DNA of 64,000 bases from Octopus sinensis. Lineage: Eukaryota. The first letter of the stretch is position 1. The number at the start of each line of letters is the position of its first letter. The notes beneath the pieces were generated by a model. It made no database searches and was not told the DNA's origin. It worked only from the letters and a program-made list of their open reading frames with translations. Position numbers and translations under genes: made by a program. Below, in pieces: positions 53,518 to 64,000 of the stretch. Location: assembly GCF_006345805.1 (NCBI RefSeq), contig NC_042999.1:84196001-84260000 (forward strand), given 5' to 3'.

Positions 53518-55155
53518 CACATTTGATCGTAATTATATGAAACTTCTATGCGCTAGCCAACAGCTAGTCATCGTATTGACTTTAGGAGATAGTATATAGA
53601 ATTGTAAGATAAGTGGGGAGATATAACCGTCATTGTATGAATGTATAGACAGTATAATTCACCAGGTAAATAAATTTTGTTACGGTTCAAAAATTATATT
53701 GTACTATTATAATAACATTATGTCGAGAAAAATAATACTAAACCTAAATCAAAATAAGCATAAAAAATTGTATCCCTTTGCGTTGAAGTTAGAATTTGGC
53801 TAAACATTTCAGTAGCATAGTTTGAATGTATCTAGACAGTTTCAGCAAGATATTGAAAAGAATCTGTATTCGCCTTGAGAATCTTGGATGCCTGTGTGAA
53901 GTATTCCTGTTTTCGTTCTTTATTTCTTTCTTTTTCTTTTTTTGTTCTTTTCTTCTCTGCGTTGTGTGTATGTAGCGTATCTACATGTGCTTCAGTTTCT
54001 CTACCTCCCTTTCTCTCAATCTATCTCCCCTCACCCTCTCTCCGTCTCTGTCTTCCTTCCCTCTCTCTCCGTCTTTCTCTCTCTCTCTCTCTTCCTCGTA
54101 CTTTCTTTTTCTTCTTCTTCTTCTTCTTCTTCTCTCTCTCTCTTTCTTTCTCCCTCTCTCTAACTGTGCATGTCTTTCTGTGAGTGTATGTTGGGAAATG
54201 TTTCGAGATATGGAGAAGATTTTCTTTTCATTCTGCAGGCCAGATCACATTTTCTCAAGCTTTTAAGTTTTCCATTTATCGATCGAATCCGGAAGAACTT
54301 TTGTTACGAAATATTGACTGATTTTGACCTTTCATATCTTGACCTGCATAGGCATTGAAAACAGGTTATGTAACACGTCAACCTCGGTAGCGATTTGTGC
54401 TACAGTGAAAGCAACTAGCCTTAAGACCCTTCCACAATAATGTTATTTCATGAAACAACACTACGTTTAATATCCGACAGTGGTTTCTTCTTCGAAGTAA
54501 GGCGTTGATATTGCGAACTTGCATGGTGAGAATATTTTTTAGTAATCCACCAGCACATGCATTATTATGTAAGATGGATTGACCGATTTATCTGAGCCCG
54601 ACTTTGTATAGCTCAGAATTCTTTAAGCTACAGGTAATACATTGATTTTCCTGAAACATTTGTTCCAAGGCTTTTTCCGGATTACTGATTTTCCTGAACC
54701 AGGGGTGATCACCTAGGTCAACACGCTCTAAATTAAGCAAATATTAACTTTAAATATTTAAATGAAATTCAGGTACTTGTACGTTAGTATAAATGATAAG
54801 AGTTTATTAATATTGTACTACACAACAACAAGTCTATCGACTAAGCCCTGAGAGTCCTGCATGAATCTAAGATGCCGCTCCAGTCACCACCTAGCACGAA
54901 ACAGCGGAAGGCTCCTCAGAATAGTCCCAGACACGTCAACATATCTAATGGCCACGCTACTGTCGGGACATCGTTGATCACAACTCTGACGGCATGAGCA
55001 AACCAGTAAGTTCTAAGTTCAAATTCCGCTTAGGCTAACAATGCGTTTTATCATTTTCCGCTCCTAAAATAAGTACCAGCTGAGTACCGGGGTTGATGTA
55101 ATTGACAAACGTCCTTCTCATAAAATCAATAGCATCGTGCTAAAATTTCAAGCTA

Positions 55156-55210
<55 letters not shown>

Positions 55211-55294
55211 CATTATTGCGTTTGCACAGCTTCCAACGCTGGAGATGCACTACAGTGTCAGTTGTTCACTACCAGTGAACTAAGGTAACTATTA

Positions 55295-55332
<38 letters not shown>

Positions 55333-55546
55333 GAGGCGACATGCTAGCAGAATCGTTAGCGCGCTGGACGAAATGCTTAGCGGCATTTAACCCGTTACTA
55401 TGTTCTGAGTTCAAATTCTGCCGAGGAGGACTTTGCCTTTCATCCTTTCGGGGTCGATACAATAAGAACCGGTTGAGTACTGGGGTTGATGTTATCGACT
55501 TATCCCCTCCACCGAATTTGCTGGTCTTGAGCCAATATTTGAAATC
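55333..55546 (+). mobile_element. SINE family A copy (further partial copies at 54990-55155 and 55560-55650)
   Basis: GAGGCGACATGCTAGCAGAATCGTTAGC..GAGTTCAAATTCTGCCGAGG..TTTCATCCTTTCGGGGTCGAT..TTTGAAATC; in an (ATT)n-rich context. Confidence 0.85.
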
Positions 55547-56533
55547 ATTATCATTATTACATGGCAGAATCATTAAAACGGCGTAAAAAAGACATGGTTG
55601 GAGCTTTTACGTCCGACCATTTACGTTGTGAGTTCAAATTTTACGAAGGAATTTGATATCAGGACGTATCGTTTTTATCATCATCAACATTATGATCTTC
55701 ACAACCATCATCATCAGTAATAGTAGTAGCATTAGTACTCACACTATGGTTATTATTAACAGCAACATATCAACGTCAGTAATCAGTATCACCATTGACT
55801 TAGACCTAAAACTTTCGTGCGTATATTTGTGAGAACGAAACACTAATGGAAGCGTCTTAAAACGTTTCTTTGCATTATTTTAAGCATATTGATGGACGAG
55901 TTGTATTGATAAATAAAAGCTACAGACGCAGTGACAATGCGTCAGCATTGAGTCTAAAGTGATATTTTTTTTATATTTTATATATTTGTATTTATGCTTA
56001 TTTATTTTTGCAATATAGCTGCCACTTACTTTCTCGGGTTATCATTTCAATATGTGTGCCATAGTTCTGTAATGATATGTGATAGAGTGATTTGCCATTC
56101 AATATATTTTGTCTAAATTTACCACAGTGGAAACAAAACAAGAATACAAATATAACTTTGGACAGACAGGTACATCATCGCTCCTAAAAACATTATTTAT
56201 TCTTCGGAAATATTCGTGGTAAGATTATGTGCCGCAACAATATTGATAGATCGGCTGTTCACACTGAAGAAATATCATTGTCATGTTTTAAAATTTATTC
56301 ACTCACACACAATATCACTCCTTCTCCCCTTTCTCTCTTGCTTTCTCTCACACACGCATACACGCATAGACGCACACATACAGGCAAAACACACACGTTT
56401 ACATATATATTTGTGTGTGTGTGTGTTTAATATTTCGATTAGTCAGTTCGAACTACATTGGTATAGAACACAATATGCGTATGTTTCAGAACAAAGTGAA
56501 AGATGAGGAAAGAGTGGTATCTTTTTTTCTTAT

Positions 56534-56575
<42 letters not shown>

Positions 56576-56643
56576 ACATACACACACAGTAGAGAGAGCG
56601 GTAATAAGAAAAAGAGATGACACAGGGGTATTATATATATATA

Positions 56644-56686
<43 letters not shown>

Positions 56687-56728
56687 GTATGTTTATATAT
56701 AGATAGATAGATATATATGTATATATAT

Positions 56729-56760
<32 letters not shown>

Positions 56761-56892
56761 GTTATATAAATATATATATGTATATACTCTTACTCTTTTA
56801 CTCTTTTACTTGTTTCAGTCATTTGACTGCGGCCATGCCCGGGGCTATAGCAGAAGACACTTGCCGAAGATGCCACGCAGTGGGATTGAATT

Positions 56893-57060
56893 TACGAAAA
56901 TAAACAAAAGACGAAGGCAGCTGGTGTACAAACAAACAAATGTATTAGTATAGCGCTCATGAATAGAAAAAATCTTTTACGTTTCGAGCCTACACTCTTC
57001 TACAGAAAGGTACACAGAAAAAAACAAGGAGAGAAACAAGGAGAGAGAAAAAAAGGATGA
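56893..57060 (-). mobile_element. Short repeat with minimal hammerhead-like motif (CUGU variant, 56974-57009)
   Basis: Minus strand: CTTT-CTGTAGA-A-GAG-TGTAGG-CTC-GAAAC-GTA-AAAG; homologous to 15290-15460; preceded by a SINE B fragment at 56785-56892. Confidence 0.65.
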
Positions 57061-57658
57061 CAGAAACACACATGTGTGTGCGTTTGTGAGTATCGGTTGA
57101 ATTAAGTTAAAACATAGTTTGGTTTTCACGTTTTATTTTTATTTTAGTAATATAATGATTCCATTGAGCGAACATATAGAAACATGTGGTTAGAAAATGT
57201 TTCTAATTTTTCCTTTCCACAAACTACATGACATAAGTGAGGTTGGACGAAGATAAAAGAAAAACGATTTATTAAAATGTTCAATCCTGTTCTGAACGGA
57301 AATAACAATAATATAACAATTAGTTAATGATGAGGATTAAAAAATATCTTCAACATATGAATATAAACATATTACTGAATATCGGTACGCCCGGTTAAGG
57401 TGCATGCGGATTGGTCAAATCCGTATTCCAAAAATTCAGCTTGTTGGAGCGTTCTAAGAGGTACTGCAGTTGTCAAGAACTCAACTGTCAGTTAAATGCA
57501 TTTTGAAATTTGATGATTACTACGAACGTGTGAAAGCGCTAATTGAACTTTATGAGCATTACAAAATATTTTTTAACGTTAAAATATAATAAAAACATGA
57601 AAACCAAACCATGATATATTATTCTATACACATTCACACAAAATCGGTAATGTATATT

Positions 57659-57737
<79 letters not shown>

Positions 57738-58167
57738 ATGTATGTATGTATATATATGTATGTATGTATGTATGTACCAACACAGGCAAGTCCTGTGATA
57801 ACCAATGCCTAAGTACACTGCCTAAATATCAATCTTAAGAAATTAGGCTTCTCAAAACCAGAAAGGAGAAAGCTGATGCGAAGGCTACCGATCCAATCCA
57901 CCACTGGAACCGTAAAATTTTGTAAAACTTTCCAGAAGTTTGTCATTTAAATATATATGAGCCTGTCTAAATATGCAACTATATGCATGAGAATACGTAC
58001 GTAAAACATACAAATTTGCACATACACACATACATACCCCGTTGATATTGTTGGAATTCCAATACAGCAGCCATGGATCTAGGTTAGAAAGCGGCTCTCT
58101 CTCAATTAACATGAAATCTTGAAATAAACTAAATGACATATGTACATACAAACGTACGCGTACATAT

Positions 58168-58230
<63 letters not shown>

Positions 58231-58615
58231 CAGGTGTCCCGGATGAACCAACTTCACGGCAGGAGGTGCAGATGAGGGCAGCTGCATCGAACTCTCTCAT
58301 GCATCAGATGGCGTTTGCTAAAAAGCATCCGTGAGGTAAAACCGTGTAGCAAACCAAATGGCGGTGCCCCAGCATGGCCACAGCTCATTAGCTGAAACTA
58401 GAAAGATCAAAAATCAAATCATATATATATATATATATAGACACAGGCTGGTACATTTTCTTTCAACCTCTAACGTGTACTAAGCAAAACTTACCTCGGA
58501 GAGTTTTGAGCTGAAATAGCAAATAGTATAGATAACACTATCTAACATTCTAGTCAGGCTGAGAATTTGCGTTGCACATACAAACGCACTCACACATACA
58601 TAAATACATACATTG

Positions 58616-58651
<36 letters not shown>

Positions 58652-58824
58652 GCACACACACGCATACGAACACACACACATTTGTACATACTCGCAGTGG
58701 TATTTCAACTAAATATATAACCACACAGACATTCATTTATATATTTTTTTGTGTGTGTGTGTGTGTATGGAAGTATGTGTGTGTGTGTTTGGTGGTAACT
58801 GTGTATGTGTGAGTTGGTGTTGGC

Positions 58825-59260
58825 TTATAAATTAACAGCTCTAGTAATGTACATCTTATCGGTCGCACAGGCGCAGCGTATGTATTTTGTTTATAGGCGA
58901 AATTTGCTGCGGGATAGCGTCTGTGGAGGATCCCTAAAGAACGCCGAGTGTTATAGAACAGGTGAATGCCAGGTGAGACAACTCACCTCAGAATGAATAC
59001 ATAAATGATAGGTAATGATATTTCATCATTACTGAGCCTAATCAATATCGCGCGCTCCGTTCATCCCGAAATTAATCGAATATCTGATCTATGACTTATG
59101 AGAAAAATCTATTGCCTCATTTCTTCTTTTACACTTGTCTTTGCGTAGGGACCTTTCCCAGACGACAGCCCGCAGCAAATTCGGCGTATAAAGAGAATAC
59201 ATACACTATGTATTTGCGATCGATAATGTATACATTTCTAGAGCTGCATTTATTTTATAA
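58825..59260. mobile_element. MITE with ~110-bp TIRs
   Basis: CAGCTCTAGTAATGTAC..AATTTGCTGCGGGATAGCGTCTG..TCCCT (58836-58935) mirrors AGGGACC..CAGACGACAGCCCGCAGCAAATT..TACATTTCTAGAGCTG (59147-59246). Confidence 0.75.
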
Positions 59261-59687
59261 TTTAATTTTCTTTCACATGTTCTACGCCGCAGCATATCAG
59301 AGAATAGGAAGAGGAATAGTAGGAGGAGGAGAGGGGGAAGAAAAGGTGGAGGAGGAAGACGAGGAAGAAGAAGAAGGGAGATGGGAGGGGAGGAGAAGAA
59401 GAAGAAGAAGAAGAAGAAGAAGAAGAAGAAGAAGAAGAAGAAGAAGAAGATGAAGAAGAAGACAAGGGATATATATATATATATATCCCTTGTCAGTCAT
59501 TAAGATTAGGTTCTTCTTGTCGCTTTGAGTTGTTATAACTCTTATTCCAAGTAAAACTAGTGCTGACTAGCGCCTTCAGTCACTTTAGTGACGTATATAC
59601 TCCTGCATTTCGGTAATAAAATTGCGAACATGCCATCCTTATTATTTTTATATTATTTATTATCATACATATATGCATACATATATA

Positions 59688-59755
<68 letters not shown>

Positions 59756-59918
59756 GTATATGCATGTAAGTATGAATATATGTACGTATGCATGCATGCT
59801 TGTATGTTTGTATGCATGTATGTATATATGTATGTATGAATGGGTGTATGTATATATATATATATATATATATATAAGCAATAAACCCCTGAGCGAGGTA
59901 TACACAGTAACTGCACGA

Positions 59919-60056
59919 TATCGTGAAGTATATTTGCCACTTAAATGTGACTAACCCTTAAGGGTGAATGCTACATGTCCTCCTAGGGCCAAAAGCTACA
60001 GTAGCATACACCCTTAAGTGTTAGACACATTTATGTGGCAAATATACTTCACGATG
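59919..60056. mobile_element. Foldback MITE with ~55-bp TIRs
   Basis: ATCGTGAAGTATATTTGCCACTTAAATGTGACTAACCCTTAAGGGTGAATGCTAC pairs with the right arm with about 4 mismatches. Confidence 0.8.
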
Positions 60057-60088
60057 TATATATATATGTATGTGTGTTTGTATGTATG

Positions 60089-60122
<34 letters not shown>

Positions 60123-61183
60123 TGTATATGTATGTGCGTATGTATGTATGACTGTATATATATATATATATTCCGAAATATATAGGTACCAAAATATATA
60201 ATCTCTGATTGCATGTGTGCATGTGTGCATGTATGTGTGCGCATTTGTGTGCGTTTTTTGTGTGTGTGTGTGTCTGTATGTGTGTGTATGTGCGTGTGTG
60301 TGTTTAAAATCTTATATAATTATTCCAATCAATTTAGACTCTCTTTGTTTGACTACAACCAATTCGTATCATGGCAAGAAGAATCCATCCTACATGGATT
60401 TAATCTCAATTGTATCTTCATTTTGAAAAGATATCTTTCTTTCTCGCTGAACAAACATGAGAAGGGATGTGCCGGCATGTAAATCGTTTGACACCAAGAT
60501 ACAAAGAATTAACACGGGCAAATGAAGAACCGGAGATAAAGCGAGAGAAATGCTCGCGTGCCATGGCATTAGCAGCAGAGTGAAGTATGTTAGTAATTCA
60601 TTTGAATGTGATAAAAGTAATTCCCAGTTTTAATAGAAGAGATCAATAGATTCATGATTTCATTGTTAGAAAATAATCCTCTTCGGAGATGAAATTCTGA
60701 AAAACAAATAACGAAATCTAACTAAATCAACTCCTTAAGCAATATGAATGAATTATTCTACCGAGTTTATTCAATTGTAAACGCAACATTGTAAGTTAAT
60801 TTCAGCTCGAATATCCTGTGGCTACATACATAAGACATCTTCTTGGAGAAATACCGGCACTCACCAACGTTTATTTCAGTGGTTTGCTCCAGTTCAATAG
60901 TAAACCATGTCATTCAAATTATATCCGTATAAGGTTTACAACTCAGAATTCCGAATAAAAAAATGTACTGACACGTGAAATTGCTCTCAATCTCCGACCG
61001 GATACTATTTACAAATATGGTGCATGTACATATTCAAGCAATTTGAACCAGCAAGAAAGTTTCCAGACAGGAAGCTGCTGATTTCGAAGGTGGAGAAATA
61101 TCAATCAGGAAGATTAGTTGTAACACATACACACACCACACACACACACACACACACAATATCATACATAAACACGTTGTATT

Positions 61184-61243
<60 letters not shown>

Positions 61244-61284
61244 AGTAAATAGATATAAATATATGATTTGTATTATATAATATG

Positions 61285-61740
61285 TAAGTGCGGAGGGAGA
61301 CTGTGGAAGGAGTAAACTCAGGAAGACGTCAGACGAAACGGTAAGAAAGGATCTTCAAACGTAGGGACACACACCGAGGAAAGCAAGAGGTCGGGGCTTC
61401 CGGTGGGTTACTCTGCTGAATAAATCACGTCAAACTAAGTCAAATTAAGGTTGTCTTTGCATTCAGGCATATCCCTTGCATGACACTTCAGCTGAATGAT
61501 CCTAACCTTGCGTAATCATAGCTGATGGTGCCGAGTAAAATTACCCGTGACGGTACTACGTATCAGCACCCGTGCTGGGGCTGCGGGAAAGCATCCAGTA
61601 AACTCTGTAAATTATAGGGTATTAGGAAGGCATCTAGCCGTAGAAACCATGCCAAGATTGACACGGAACCTGGACAGCACTTCAACTGGCCAATTCCTCT
61701 CAAACAGTCCAACACACGCCTGCGGGCGCCTGGAATACTG
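61285..61740 (+). mobile_element. RTE-like LINE 3' end (ORF tail plus 3' UTR-like segment)
   Basis: EGDCGRSKLRKTSDETVRKDL resembles the RTE G.RGRP.KTW...V..DL ending; followed by TTAGGAAGGCATCTAGCCGTAGAAACCATGCC. Confidence 0.5.
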
Positions 61741-61957
61741 ATCCCAAATGTGATCACCGCAAAGTACCAAACTGCTGGCAAACGTGAGGTCTTCAACAGG
61801 CGTCTGGTCAAATATTTGTCTGAGATAGCAGATGAACTAACTTTGCATCAGGGTAGGAGATGAGTAATTAGCGTAGAGATCATGTGGTGGGGATATAGAA
61901 GAAGAAGAACAACAACAACAAGAATAAGAAGAAGACGACGACGACGACGACGATGAA

Positions 61958-61992
<35 letters not shown>

Positions 61993-62084
61993 CGATGACG
62001 ATGACGATGATGATGATGATGATGATGATGATGACGATGACGATGACGATGATGATGATGATGATGAAGAAGAAGATAAGTTAA

Positions 62085-62283
62085 TTTTTTGGCTCAAAAA
62101 GCAAAAAGCAAGGCCATGTAGGGGGACATGGAGTTATGTACAGGGGTGTTCATGCAAAGAGTTCATGCCATTTCTGGTCAAGAGTGACTTTGAACCGAGC
62201 GATCATCGGCATCTTCACTATCTCGTCCAGCAGCTTATTCCACGGATCCGCAACCCGGACGGAGAAAGCCCCTCTCCTTCGAT
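62085..62283 (-). mobile_element. CR1-type LINE 3' terminal fragment
   Basis: NRRRGAFSVRVADPWNKLLDEIVKMPMIARFKVTLDQKW* fits the CR1 C-terminal FS.RV...WN.LP..V.....FK..LD motif; flanked by (GAT/GAA)n and (GAA)n. Confidence 0.8.
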
Positions 62284-62314
<31 letters not shown>

Positions 62315-62813
62315 AAGAAGAAGAAGAAGAAGAAGAAGAAGGATTTTGATAGTGTCGGTCAGTACAGTAATGCCACTGGTGCCAAATTTCGTTTGATGAG
62401 TGACAATGTATTTGACTACCAGACATTCACCAGCTACAAAGTTAAGCAGACAAAAGGAAAAAAAATTATCAAATTGATAATTCTGACAATTGCTAAGAAA
62501 TAAAATTAATAGAGGTTAAACGTGATGTGTGTGGTGAGGGAGTAATATGATGTATAGTAGGTTTGCATAAATCACCGATTAGCTAGCAGATATACTCTGT
62601 GACCTTAGAGTGTGTAAGTAAGAGATTAAAAAATGATAAAAGAGGGAGAAATTTAATAGGGATGGGGTCTCATCTAAAAAGTAAAAGCAGAAATTAAGAA
62701 CTTGGAGTTTAATTGAAGAAGTGGTCAAGAAAATTACAAACTATATTAGTTTTGAATGAATATATAAGATCTACAAACTAACCAATACACCGTGAGTCAT
62801 CATACACGTAAAT

Positions 62814-62858
<45 letters not shown>

Positions 62859-63888
62859 GGTAAACAGTAAAAATAATTACAGACATGGACAAGAACATGA
62901 AACACCACAGAGACGACACAAGAACCACAGGACGGGACATTCGAAGCCCTCAGTCATCAGTCAAGAACCAGATCATCTTAGCAATTTCGGCTGATTAATC
63001 TTGAGATTGCTCCGATATGGCCAGCCCGCCAAGGGAAATCTAAGCCAAGCGCATTAGATCCCCTGGAAGAAAGCTTCGAATGTATACAACGCGAGGACGG
63101 AAAACGAACGAAGTACACAAACAAAAATACAGAATACGTGACACCAATAAGAATACAAAAACGTAAAAACAATAACGGTAAAAATAAAAAATAAACAACA
63201 AAACAAAACCAGGACGTAGGACAAGGGTCTTTCGACAGGACGAGTTGAGTATGGGGCTGGCTTTTGAAGTTGTGCCTAATGGCCACGGGGAGACGAACAA
63301 ATACGTGTTGCTTCTGCGACTGCTGAAAACGAAAAGAGCGCTCAACAGCGGCTAGCGGTCACGTGAGAACAAAAGACAGGAGAAAGGGACAGATGAAAAG
63401 AGAGAGAAGGTGGACGAGGGAGGAGAAGAAAGAGACAGATCGAGGGGGCTGGAGGTGAGAGAGATAGAGAAACGTAGAAGGGGGGGGACGGATGGAGAGG
63501 GAAAGAAAGGAAGGGGAATAAGGGAGGAGAGAGAGAGAGAAAAGGAGACAGATTAAGAGTCGTATCAATGCTAGAGAAAAAATATACTTATCGTATAAGG
63601 ACAATTGTGGATACGTAGCCGCCGATTATATAGGTAAACAGTAAAAATAATTACAGACATGGACAAGAACATGAAACACCACAGAGACGACACAAGAACC
63701 ACAGGACGGGACATCGAAGCCCTCAGTCATCAGTGAAGAACCAGATCATCTTAACAATTTCGGCTGATTAATCTTGAGATTGCTCCGATATGGCCAGCCC
63801 GCCAAGGGAAATCTAAGCCAAGCGCATTAGATCCCCTGGAAGAAAGCTTCGAATGTATACAACGCGAGGACGGAAAACGAACGAAGTA
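62859..63888 (-). mobile_element. ~1-kb non-coding element with ~257-bp direct terminal repeats (62859-63115 and 63633-63888), inside (TA)n
   Basis: Repeats differ at about 4 positions; no TG..CA ends, PBS or ORF; orientation inferred. Confidence 0.7.
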
Positions 63889-63901
63889 ATATATATATAA
63901 T

Positions 63902-63947
<46 letters not shown>

Positions 63948-64000
63948 CATATACATATATACACATATATATATATATAAAGATCCAAGGATTCAGGTGT

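Noticed and set aside
58897-58972. Possible host exon (TTTGTTTATAG..CAG|GTGAGA with one open frame)
   Set aside because: It lies largely within one arm of the 58825-59260 inverted-repeat MITE, and the peptide is unrecognisable.

Overview
AT-rich, microsatellite-saturated eukaryotic DNA with no supportable host gene. The repeat families look cephalopod (Octopus-like), but that is recognition from memory, not a database hit. Almost all ORFs in the track are translations of (TA)n, (CA)n, (TAGA)n, (TAA)n or (GAA)n arrays. Real content: a decayed Penelope-like element (PLE) 3' end with a GIY-YIG domain, three R4/Dong-type LINE copies next to or within (TAA)n, CR1/RTE scraps, many tRNA-derived SINEs (some with clean TSDs and swapped modules), two non-autonomous Helitrons and several MITEs. 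The most striking signal is a dozen or more hammerhead-ribozyme (HHR)-like motifs (CUGANGA..stem II..GAAA..stem III..NUH) from several sequence-unrelated families. Most sit in short non-coding cassettes inside (TA)n/(CA)n arrays, and three occur as head-to-head inverted pairs, including a perfect 120-bp palindrome. One degenerate HHR lies just downstream of the PLE ORF, which links them to PLE/retrozyme-like mobility. All folds were read by eye and none is computed or tested.
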